Sequence record: SRR20825006_960
Length of the DNA stretch: 20,000 nt
Strand: one strand, 5' to 3'
This document shows positions 1-8,049 of the stretch, piece after piece. A program made the position numbers and the translations under genes. Every line of letters starts with the position of its first letter. Positions within the stretch are counted from its first letter, which is position 1. The notes beneath the pieces are model-generated. The model searched no databases, was not told where the DNA came from, and saw nothing but the letters and a program-made list of their open reading frames with translations.

Positions 1-105
1 ATAACAATGCGGATTGAAATAGCAGATGCAATTAATTAGAATCTCAACCAACGCACTTCAGAAAATGGCTAAAAACGACTCAAACCAACTCGTTTAATGT
101 CGATT

Positions 106-993
106 TTATCCTAAAAGAGCTCCTTCTTTCAACGAATACGGAGAAATCAATACTTTCTCTGCTCCTATTTTCTCGATGGTCCACTTTACTTTCATGGCAG
201 CGATTGGCAACATTTCTTTACGAATCGGAGTGATCCATTCATTACTCAGTCGCTCTTCGTAGGTGGAATGAATTGTCCACTCCAAAATTGGGAGAATCTC
301 AGATTTTTTCATCGCAAAAACCTCCCCATTATGATTGAAGTCTTGCTCTAAAAGCATTTCGTAGAATGTTTCAAAACTTCCAGACGAGCCAATTAAAACT
401 GGGCAACGAAAATCTTCGAGTTTTCCTGCTTCTTCCTCGTTTAGGAATGAATAAATCTCACGTTCCAATTCATGATTAAATCCTTTTGGTTGATTTAATA
501 GTTGATAGATTCTGGAAACTCCAATATCGAGGCTAATTATTTGTTGCGCACCTTCTTTATCGGCTTTAATAAATTCTGTACTTCCACCACCAATATCCAT
601 TATTACCGCTGGTTCGTCAAACGAATGAACGATTTTGGTTCCGCAGTAGATAAGTTCGGCCTCTTTTTGACCAGAAACTACTTCAATTGTATAACCATAC
701 TTATTCTGAACCATTTGAATCAGATCGCTCGTGTTTCTTGCTTCGCGCAATGCTGAAGTTCCTATGCACCGGACATCAGAAATGCCGTATTCGTCGCAAC
801 ATTGTTTAAAATGACCAATGGCACTTACTGCTCGCTGAATTGCCTCATCTGTTATGAAGCCATGATTAATTCCTCCCATTCCAAGCATAACGGCTTCACG
901 TCTGGTCTCTATGATTTCCACGTTATTTCCCGTCACCTTTGCGATGAGTAAATTGAAGGTATTTGTACCCAAATCGATAACTGCTCGCATCAT
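106..993 (-). CDS. Ppx/GppA family phosphatase (exopolyphosphatase-like; short form without C-terminal HD domain)
   Basis: ASKHA motifs VIDLGTNT, GTSALREARN, EAELIYCG (catalytic Glu), MDIGGGSTE and C-terminal SLKEG; 295 aa. Start could be either of two tandem ATGs (993 or 990). Confidence 0.9.
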   Translation of the reverse strand: MMRAVIDLGTNTFNLLIAKVTGNNVEIIETRREAVMLGMGGINHGFITDEAIQRAVSAIGHFKQCCDEYGISDVRCIGTSALREARNTSDLIQMVQNKYGYTIEVVSGQKEAELIYCGTKIVHSFDEPAVIMDIGGGSTEFIKADKEGAQQIISLDIGVSRIYQLLNQPKGFNHELEREIYSFLNEEEAGKLEDFRCPVLIGSSGSFETFYEMLLEQDFNHNGEVFAMKKSEILPILEWTIHSTYEERLSNEWITPIRKEMLPIAAMKVKWTIEKIGAEKVLISPYSLKEGALLG

Positions 994-996
994 TTT

Positions 997-2334
997 CTAT
1001 GAAGTTTTAATCCACTTGAAAAGATGCTTCAACCTCAATCGGTGTCCAAATTGCAAGATTCCATTTTTATAAAGTCTAGACGAGACACTTAGCATAATGA
1101 ATGCGGAAATGAACAATGTTAAAAGCGTCAGCACTATTTCATACGCATGACCAGATTCATAGCCTTGATGCAATTTCACCATCGCGACTACTGGAGAAGT
1201 AAATGGAAGATAATGTAGCACCGCTGTCAATTGACTTTCTGGATGATTCATCGCGAAATAGCCCGCATACAGTGAGAATATGAGCAAGATGATTAAAGGA
1301 ATTACAAATTGTTGACCATCGCTTTCGGAACCCATTGTAGCGCCAATTGAAGCGAAAAACGATCCATAAAAAAGGTAGCCGCCAATGAAAAACAAGAGAA
1401 AGAACAAAAGTGTATTTCCGAATTGCATTTGAGAGAACACCAAATCAACAAATTCGTTGTATTCACGTGCTGCGAAGTACTGTTCTTGGTAAGATTGATC
1501 GCCTGCTTCGAGCGTTAATTGGGCGACATTCATATTTGAAGCGTCCAAAAGATCTGGAAACAATGTTTCGCGCATCAAAAATAGTCCAACACCTATAATT
1601 ACGACCCAAACGATGAACTGAAGAAATGCTGCGAGTCCAATTCCAACGATTTTTCCCATCATCAATTGTTTAGGAGAAACGGACGCGAGTAAAACCTCGA
1701 CAATTCGATTGCTTTTTTCGCGAGAAACGCTTCTGAGGATGGTCATTCCGAAGAGGAAAATGAAAACAAAAATCAGCGTTCCAAAGAAAAGACCTGCCCA
1801 ACCATTGAGCGAAGATGCTTCTGCTTTGGGATCATCAACATCTCGAAAAGAAAGATTAATTGGCTGCTTCACCTTTCTAAATTCCGTCAGTGAAATGGTC
1901 TTGAGTTCGCTGACTATTCGCTCTTCAAGTCGTCGTTCATAGTAATAATGTACCAGCGATTGCATTCTTACGGACGGTTGATCACGGTAGAAAACAAAGC
2001 CCGTTTTATTTGAGAACACCTTCTCATTTACTTCAAGAAGTGCGTCGAATTGTTGGTAGCGTTTTCCATTTTTGAATTCATCAATATCAATGTAATCATC
2101 TGCAAAAGAAAACGAGACTGCAGGGTCAACTTGCGGCATCATTTTACCTTCTAACAACTGATATTTGTCTGCTACCAGTACATTCCAGTGTTGTTTCGAT
2201 TCTCCACCCAAGGCGAAAAGAACGTAGATCAGCCCTAAAATTAGAATTGGTCCCAAAATGGAAAACAACACGAACGATCTTGCTCCAACGCGTGCTTGAA
2301 ATTCTCTTACGGAAATTATCCAACTATTTTTCAT
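997..2334 (-). CDS. ABC-2 type exporter permease (NatB/YhaP-like)
   Basis: N-terminal REF-x-ARV...TM1, large extracytoplasmic loop, motif SVSREKSNRIVEVLLASVSPKQLMMGKI, then 5 more TM segments with PFTSP. Start moved from 2412 (ORF track) to ATG 2334 (MKNSWIISVREF), which overlaps the ATPase end by 11 nt and has AGGAGG 6 nt upstream. Confidence 0.88.
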   Translation of the reverse strand: MKNSWIISVREFQARVGARSFVLFSILGPILILGLIYVLFALGGESKQHWNVLVADKYQLLEGKMMPQVDPAVSFSFADDYIDIDEFKNGKRYQQFDALLEVNEKVFSNKTGFVFYRDQPSVRMQSLVHYYYERRLEERIVSELKTISLTEFRKVKQPINLSFRDVDDPKAEASSLNGWAGLFFGTLIFVFIFLFGMTILRSVSREKSNRIVEVLLASVSPKQLMMGKIVGIGLAAFLQFIVWVVIIGVGLFLMRETLFPDLLDASNMNVAQLTLEAGDQSYQEQYFAAREYNEFVDLVFSQMQFGNTLLFFLLFFIGGYLFYGSFFASIGATMGSESDGQQFVIPLIILLIFSLYAGYFAMNHPESQLTAVLHYLPFTSPVVAMVKLHQGYESGHAYEIVLTLLTLFISAFIMLSVSSRLYKNGILQFGHRLRLKHLFKWIKTS

Positions 2335-3256
2335 CGCTGTCCTCCTTTCTTGGTTGAACGAGTCCAATAAATACTTCTTGCATCGACGCACGTTTTTCCC
2401 ATGCCCCTTCAATTTTCACTTGTCCCATCAATACTTTTAGTAAATCTTCGAATGAACTCTCCCCACGCACTTTCACCTGTACTATGAATCGGTCATCTCC
2501 GAGCAATTGTTTTTCTATTACCTCGAATCCTGTCCACAGGGCATTCACAAACGCAATCATATTTCCTTTAAATTTCACTTCAAAAAGACCTTCATTACTT
2601 ACTTCTTGAAGTTGAGAGATTGTTCCTTCCGCAATTTTTTTTGCATTGTGAATCAACGCAGCACGATCGCATATTTCCTCAACACTATTCATGTTATGGG
2701 TTGAAAGGATAATTGTCTTTCCAGCCGCCTTCATCTCAACCAACTCTTGTTTTATCAGCTCAACATTCACTGGATCGAAACCACTGAATGGTTCGTCGAG
2801 AATTAGCAATTTTGGTTCGTGTAAAACGGCACAAATAAACTGTACTTTCTGTGCCATTCCTTTTGAGAGTTCTTCGATTCTCTTTTTTCTCCAATCATTG
2901 ATTTGGAAGCGTTCAAACCAATAATTGATCTTTGTTTGAGCATCTTTTTTGGAAAGTCCTCGAAGTCTTGCCAGAAATAAGGCGTGCGCTTCAACGGTCA
3001 TTCCTCTGTACAATCCTCTTTCTTCAGGAAGATAACCGACGAACCTCAAATCGTCTTCAGTCATTAAATCACCTTTAAAGCGAACTGAGCCTTCATCTTG
3101 CTCAACAATTTGATTAATTATTCTAATCAATGTTGTTTTTCCTGCCCCGTTAGGTCCTAGCAATCCAAAAATCTCTCCTTCCTGAATTGTCAGAGATACG
3201 TCATTGAGTGCTTCCTTTCGAAAAAAGGACTTACTAATATTTTTAAGTTCGAGCAT
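2324..3256 (-). CDS. ABC transporter ATP-binding protein (ABC-2 exporter partner)
   Basis: Walker A GPNGAGKT, GYLPEERGLY, signature variant LSKGM, Walker B LLILDEPFSG, H-loop STH; C-terminal extension typical of this subfamily. Confidence 0.95.
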   Translation of the reverse strand: MLELKNISKSFFRKEALNDVSLTIQEGEIFGLLGPNGAGKTTLIRIINQIVEQDEGSVRFKGDLMTEDDLRFVGYLPEERGLYRGMTVEAHALFLARLRGLSKKDAQTKINYWFERFQINDWRKKRIEELSKGMAQKVQFICAVLHEPKLLILDEPFSGFDPVNVELIKQELVEMKAAGKTIILSTHNMNSVEEICDRAALIHNAKKIAEGTISQLQEVSNEGLFEVKFKGNMIAFVNALWTGFEVIEKQLLGDDRFIVQVKVRGESSFEDLLKVLMGQVKIEGAWEKRASMQEVFIGLVQPRKEDSDEK

Positions 3257-3341
3257 ATCCTATTTATTAGTGTGAAGATAAATATTTTATTAGGATGTGA
3301 GACTCCACCTACAATGAACGTAAGTGTTTACAATCGGGCAC

Positions 3342-3374
3342 AAAAAAAGAGGAAACTTTCGCTTCCCCTTCTCT
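3342..3374 (-). terminator. Rho-independent terminator of the 3403-4362 gene
   Basis: The minus strand reads AAGGGGAAGC-GAAA-GTTTCCTCTT-TTTTT: a stem with G-U pairs, a GNRA tetraloop and a U-tract, about 30 nt after the stop codon. Confidence 0.8.
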
Positions 3375-3402
3375 GAATTAAACAATGATATTAAATAATT
3401 TA

Positions 3403-4362
3403 TTACTTGATCATTACTCTTTGAGTTGCAGACTTGTTTCCATCACTCAAGTTAACGAAGTAAATCCCTGCTGTAGCGTTCAATTGAACATTTACAGAAG
3501 TAGATCCATTAACAGAAATCGCTTCTTTTTGCAATACATTACCAGCGATATCAGTAATTGTCATTTGGTAATCTCCTGCTGTTGCTTCGTTTAAGTTGAT
3601 TGCAAACTCACCATTTGATGGATTTGGAACTACGTTCATTGCGATGTCAAGGCTGTTTTCATCCAAACCAACACCTGTCCAATCAAGTACTTCGATATCA
3701 TCAACGTAGAAATTAGATGTTCCTTCATTCGCCGCTGCGTATGCAGATCCATCAAGATATGCTACACCAAAGAAATCAGCTACACCGAAGCCACCTGCTG
3801 CTCCCCATTGTGCATTGATGATAAGGCTACCATTAATTAATACCGCTTTCATTCCAGTATTTAAATTGATAATGATACTTACATCATTCCAATCAGCTAC
3901 ATTGTAAGTGAACACACCTGTTCCGGCAGCATCAACAGATCCAGAGCCATCTACATTGAAGAAGATATCCGCTCCATACTGGTAACCTGTACCTCCAGAA
4001 ACCCAAGCACCACCTAAATTAAAGTAACCTCCGTTACCCTGTGGGATGTAAATTTTACACTTAAACTCATAAACTCCTGTAGTATAGAGTGATGGCATTT
4101 CTAGAATCATGTCGTTCAAATAGACTCCTGCGCCACCGTTAATGACATTCATAGAGTTACTTGTGCTGCTAAATATAGAATCGCTTACATACGAATCCTC
4201 AGCAGACCCAGCACCTCCACTCCATGTGTCCCATGCTCCAGCGCTCTCCGCTACAACAGTATTTCCTGCTGTGTAGCTGTCGAAATTATCCGTTAAAAGT
4301 GATGTTTGTCCAAAAAGGAAGGCAGGCGCTATAGCGCATGCAGATAGTAGTACTTTTTTCAT
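3403..4362 (-). CDS. T9SS type-A sorting domain secreted protein with a putative beta-sandwich (ConA/LamG-like) domain
   Basis: Signal peptide ending FG|Q; N-terminal DNFDSY and closing NFYVDDIEV, typical boundaries of beta-sandwich modules; CTD VVPNPSNG...AGIYFVNL...QRVMIK. The fold call is inference. Confidence 0.8.
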   Translation of the reverse strand: MKKVLLSACAIAPAFLFGQTSLLTDNFDSYTAGNTVVAESAGAWDTWSGGAGSAEDSYVSDSIFSSTSNSMNVINGGAGVYLNDMILEMPSLYTTGVYEFKCKIYIPQGNGGYFNLGGAWVSGGTGYQYGADIFFNVDGSGSVDAAGTGVFTYNVADWNDVSIIINLNTGMKAVLINGSLIINAQWGAAGGFGVADFFGVAYLDGSAYAAANEGTSNFYVDDIEVLDWTGVGLDENSLDIAMNVVPNPSNGEFAINLNEATAGDYQMTITDIAGNVLQKEAISVNGSTSVNVQLNATAGIYFVNLSDGNKSATQRVMIK

Positions 4363-4382
4363 AAGATTTGTTTTTAGTCTTA

Positions 4383-4390
4383 CTAAGATA
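4383..4390 (-). promoter_or_regulatory. Putative Bacteroidota -7 promoter box (TATCTTAG)
   Basis: One mismatch to TAnnTTTG, 20 nt upstream of ATG 4362. Confidence 0.45.
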
Positions 4391-4571
4391 CTAAAAATTC
4401 ATAACTTTTTTATGAAAACACTTTTACCTTGAAGTCTTGTCTACTCCAATAAATATAACTCACAGTAAATCAAACCATAAAAATTGAAAACTCTGGTAAA
4501 TCCACTATTTTTTTTTACAGATCAGAAATGTTAATCCTTTAGCGTTCAAGAAAAACAATCGACACTGATCA

Positions 4572-5618
4572 TTAGGCTGTGGTTCCTCCACAACTAGAAC
4601 CCGACCCAGCTGTACAACCGTAGCAATGCTGATTAACAATTACGTGACGATTGTTTAGAGCTTCTAAATTGAATTCAGACAAGTGTTGACTTTTAGCTGC
4701 GACTTTAAGGTCGAGCATTTGGTTAAAATCACAATCATAAATATATCCGTCCCAACCAACAGAAATTGTATTTCTACACATCACATTTTCAGCTGCATCT
4801 GGATTGTAGGCTTCAACTAGTTTGTGCATGTAGCCTTCATAGTTATCACTCGCTACTAAATATTCCAAATATCTACTGATAGGAAGATTTGTGATTGCAA
4901 ACAGACTATTGAATTCAATATCAAATCGCTGTTTTAGTTTTGTTTTGAAGTCAGCCTCTAGCGCGCCTTGTTCTGGAGGTAAAAATGCTCCCGAGGGATT
5001 ATAGACTAAATTAAGTGTAAGTCCAGAGTTCTCCTTTCCATACCCAACTTCGTTCAGCATTTTCAGCGCTCGAATACTTTGATCAAACACACCATCCCCA
5101 CGCTGAGAATCTGTTTTTGCAGAGGTAAAATATGGCAGCGAAGAAACAACTTCAACCTTGTGCTTCTTAAAGAATTCAGGTAGATCATTGTATTTTTTGT
5201 TCGCAACAATGATGGTAAGATTACAACGTACAACGACCTTTTTTCCTTTCAAAGATAATTGTTCCACAAACCAACGAAAGTTTGGATTCATTTCTGGCGC
5301 TCCACCTGTTAAATCGACCGTGCTGCAATTTGTCTTGTCTATTGCGTCCAAACACATCTGCATCGTTTCGATGGTCATTATTTCCTTTCGATCGGGACCT
5401 GCATCAACGTGACAATGTTTACACACCTGATTACACATTTTCCCAACGTTGATTTGAAAAATATCCAAGTCTAAGGTTGTAAGTGGAAAGAGATTGGTTT
5501 CTTTCAACTTGTTTTGAAAAGGAGTTAGATTTGCCTCTTTCAACAAACTCAGTTGTCTATCTACCTCTGATAATTCGTGATTTTGTGCCGAAAGTGATTT
5601 ATGCGTTAGTACTGCCAT
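4572..5618 (-). CDS. arsS: ArsS-family radical SAM / Cys-rich domain protein (arsenosugar biosynthesis family, DUF3641 C-terminus)
   Basis: QINVGKMCNQVCKHCHVDAGP (CxxxCxxC), DLTGGAPEMNP, MCRNTISVGWDGYIYDCDFNQML and C-terminal HCYGCTAGSGSSCGG are characteristic of this family. Confidence 0.9.
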   Translation of the reverse strand: MAVLTHKSLSAQNHELSEVDRQLSLLKEANLTPFQNKLKETNLFPLTTLDLDIFQINVGKMCNQVCKHCHVDAGPDRKEIMTIETMQMCLDAIDKTNCSTVDLTGGAPEMNPNFRWFVEQLSLKGKKVVVRCNLTIIVANKKYNDLPEFFKKHKVEVVSSLPYFTSAKTDSQRGDGVFDQSIRALKMLNEVGYGKENSGLTLNLVYNPSGAFLPPEQGALEADFKTKLKQRFDIEFNSLFAITNLPISRYLEYLVASDNYEGYMHKLVEAYNPDAAENVMCRNTISVGWDGYIYDCDFNQMLDLKVAAKSQHLSEFNLEALNNRHVIVNQHCYGCTAGSGSSCGGTTA

Positions 5619-5950
5619 TACATCGAAAGTTCTTTATACTTATTCATCATTTGAACTCCATGCACAAGTGCTGCTCCTCCTTTGATTGCTGCGGCAACGT
5701 GCACGGCTTCCATCATTTGTTCTTCGTCGCATCCTTTTTCCATTGTATCTACTGTATATGCGTCAATACAATAGGGACATTGAATCGCGTGTGCTACGGC
5801 AAGTGCAATTAACGACTTTTCGCGTGCGGTTAAAGCGCCTTCTTTAAATACCGATCCATAATAGTCAAAAAACTTTTCTCCGTATTCCTTCTGGAACTCC
5901 GTTATTTTCCCAAATTTCTTTAAATCGTCTGGATCGTAGTATGTTTTCAT
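5618..5950 (-). CDS. Arsenosugar-biosynthesis-associated peroxidase-like protein (AhpD/carboxymuconolactone decarboxylase family)
   Basis: GALTAREKSLIALAVAHAIQCPYCIDAY (AhpD CxxC) and MEAVHVAAAIKGGAALVHG; its stop overlaps the arsS start (TAATG). Confidence 0.9.
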   Translation of the reverse strand: MKTYYDPDDLKKFGKITEFQKEYGEKFFDYYGSVFKEGALTAREKSLIALAVAHAIQCPYCIDAYTVDTMEKGCDEEQMMEAVHVAAAIKGGAALVHGVQMMNKYKELSM

Positions 5951-5965
5951 AGCATTTGTTTATTG

Positions 5966-5973
5966 CGAAAGTA
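5966..5973 (-). promoter_or_regulatory. Putative -7 promoter box (TACTTTCG) for the AhpD-like/arsS pair
   Basis: One mismatch to TAnnTTTG, 15 nt upstream of ATG 5950, followed by an A-rich leader. Confidence 0.55.
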
Positions 5974-6038
5974 CCCAATTTTGGGAAGATTATTTTGTTA
6001 GACGAATAGTGATGTGCATCCTTACATTCGAGAAATGC

Positions 6039-6911
6039 TTACGTCAAAATGGTCTTCCAATTTTTCCATTTATAGACCTTCGAAAAAAGCACTAGCAATA
6101 TTGGATGAACAATAATAAGCGAGATGATAATATCCCAACCAAACCCTGGGGGGGAATGATCCATTAAGAGTGCATCAGTTTGAAATGCTTGCCAATCGTT
6201 GGTAACGATGAGCGCTGCGAAAATATTATTTGCCGCGTGATATCCCATTCCAAGCTCGAGCCCATTGTCTAAATGAGTAATCAATGCCAAGAAAATTCCT
6301 ACTGCTATGTAATAGATTAGGATCAATTCGCCTATTTCTCCGATTTCGGGATTTCCCATGTGAACTAAACCAAAGAGGATTCCAGAAAAAAGAACACTTA
6401 GCAGAGGCTTACCGAACCATTGGTGAGCACTTTGAAGAAGGTATCCACGAAAAAAAAGATCCTCTCCTGCCGTTTGCAAGGGAAGCATCAGAAATGAAAC
6501 TACCATCAATGGAATAAATGTAGACCAGTTAATGTTCCATTCAATCGATTGACTAGAAGAAACGCTAATGAGCAGACTTATTCCCATTACCAACGTCCAT
6601 ACACCGAATGCGAAAAAATATCGTTTCCAATCAAATTTTTCACGAGCGGTAAATAAGGATCTTAAAGGGCGATGATGAAGAAATTTGATACATGCCAACA
6701 ATGCCACTATCAAAAAAACAAAAGGCAAAATCATCAGTGCTAGAAGAAGATTTTTATCACCTTCTAACGAGCCTATCTCCACTCCGAAAACCAGCATTAG
6801 GATTCCAGAAACAACACTTCCAAGGACAACAGCGGATAACGAAATAGAGATTGTAAGGAGACTTGTTCCCCAATTACCTACTCCTTTTTCATGTTGCCGA
6901 ATGAATTCCAT
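6039..6911 (-). CDS. CPBP (Abi/CAAX) family intramembrane glutamic endopeptidase
   Basis: Multiple TM segments; motif 1 GEDLFFRGY (ED instead of EE), motif 2 FGLVH, motif 4 YHAANN. It starts 1 nt after the dnaJ stop. Confidence 0.88.
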   Translation of the reverse strand: MEFIRQHEKGVGNWGTSLLTISISLSAVVLGSVVSGILMLVFGVEIGSLEGDKNLLLALMILPFVFLIVALLACIKFLHHRPLRSLFTAREKFDWKRYFFAFGVWTLVMGISLLISVSSSQSIEWNINWSTFIPLMVVSFLMLPLQTAGEDLFFRGYLLQSAHQWFGKPLLSVLFSGILFGLVHMGNPEIGEIGELILIYYIAVGIFLALITHLDNGLELGMGYHAANNIFAALIVTNDWQAFQTDALLMDHSPPGFGWDIIISLIIVHPILLVLFSKVYKWKNWKTILT

Positions 6912-6912
6912 T

Positions 6913-8031
6913 CTAATGGAACATATCCTTCATTCTTTGAAAGAATCCTTTATCGTGGTGATCTGGACTCGGTTGAAAATTTTCACTGGCTCTCAACTTT
7001 TCAAGAATGTCTTTTTCTTCCTTCGAGAGTTTTTTCGGTGTCCATACATTTACATGCACAAACATATCGCCAGATCCATAACCTTGAAGAATTGGCAATC
7101 CTTTTCCTTTTAAACGAAGTACTTTTCCACTTTGCGTTCCAGGCTCAATCTTAATTTTTGCCTTTCCTCCTACTGTTGGAATCTCAACAGAACTTCCGAG
7201 TGCTGCATCTGCGAAATTCACATACGCATCGTAATGAAGGTGCTCGTTGTCTCTGCGTAAATTTTCGTCATCTACTTCTTCAATAACAACGATCAGGTCG
7301 CCAGGAACTCCGTCAAAAGGCCCAGCATTTCCTTTCCCTGTAACGCTCAATTGCATTCCTTCCATTACTCCAGCTGGAATTTCGATCTCAATCACCTCTT
7401 CTTTGCGCACCAATCCGCTTGAATCGGCATCCGAAGGTCTTTTATCGATCATTTTTCCCGCACCTTGACATACATGACAAGCTGACTGGGTTTGCATTGC
7501 TCCAAGGAATGTTTGAGAAACGCGCGTAATTCTTCCCGAACCACCGCACGTTTGACAGGTTTTATAAGTAACTCCGTCAGCTTTCACCAACTTGTTGACT
7601 TTGATTTTTTTCTGAACTCCTTCAGCAATTTCCTGTAACGTTAACTTCATCTTAACGCGTAGATTCGTCCCACGCACTCGACGTGTTCCTCCTCCGCCTC
7701 GGCTTCCGCCAAAACTTCCACCGCCAAATGCTCCACCGAAAATATCTCCAAATTGTGAGAAGATATCGTCCATGTTCATTCCTCCACCGAAGCCTCCACC
7801 GCCTGACATTCCAGCATGACCGTATTGATCATATCTCGACTTTTTCTCAGGACTGCTTAATACTTCGTATGCTTCTGCGGCTTCTTTAAACATATCTTCA
7901 GCAGCATTGTCACCAGGATTTTTATCTGGGTGATATTTCAATGCTAACTTTCGGTAAGCCTTTTTTATTTCTGCCTCGTTAGCTCCTCTCGAAACTCCAA
8001 GGACTTCATAATAATCTCTTTTATCGCTCAT
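6913..8031 (-). CDS. dnaJ: Molecular chaperone DnaJ
   Basis: J-domain with HPD (KYHPDKNP), G/F-rich region with DIF motifs, two CxxCxGxG repeats, and C-terminal domain ([14 protein letters not shown]). Confidence 0.97.
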   Translation of the reverse strand: MSDKRDYYEVLGVSRGANEAEIKKAYRKLALKYHPDKNPGDNAAEDMFKEAAEAYEVLSSPEKKSRYDQYGHAGMSGGGGFGGGMNMDDIFSQFGDIFGGAFGGGSFGGSRGGGGTRRVRGTNLRVKMKLTLQEIAEGVQKKIKVNKLVKADGVTYKTCQTCGGSGRITRVSQTFLGAMQTQSACHVCQGAGKMIDKRPSDADSSGLVRKEEVIEIEIPAGVMEGMQLSVTGKGNAGPFDGVPGDLIVVIEEVDDENLRRDNEHLHYDAYVNFADAALGSSVEIPTVGGKAKIKIEPGTQSGKVLRLKGKGLPILQGYGSGDMFVHVNVWTPKKLSKEEKDILEKLRASENFQPSPDHHDKGFFQRMKDMFH

Positions 8032-8049
8032 AATACTTTTCGGAATCGA

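Noticed and set aside
1..105. Possible end of a + strand gene (...ITMRIEIADAIN*, stop at 39) or start of a minus-strand gene
   Set aside because: Too short, with no recognisable motif; it cannot be resolved without flanking sequence.
2335..2412. 26-aa N-terminal extension of the ABC permease
   Set aside because: It overlaps the ATPase by 89 nt, and the family-like N-terminus begins at ATG 2334.
4508..4516. T9 homopolymer upstream of the T9SS cargo gene as a phase-variation tract
   Set aside because: It is short, lies in AT-rich intergenic DNA and is far from the predicted promoter.
4572..5618. Selenocysteine recoding or SECIS element in arsS
   Set aside because: There is no in-frame TGA; the tail Cys is TGT.
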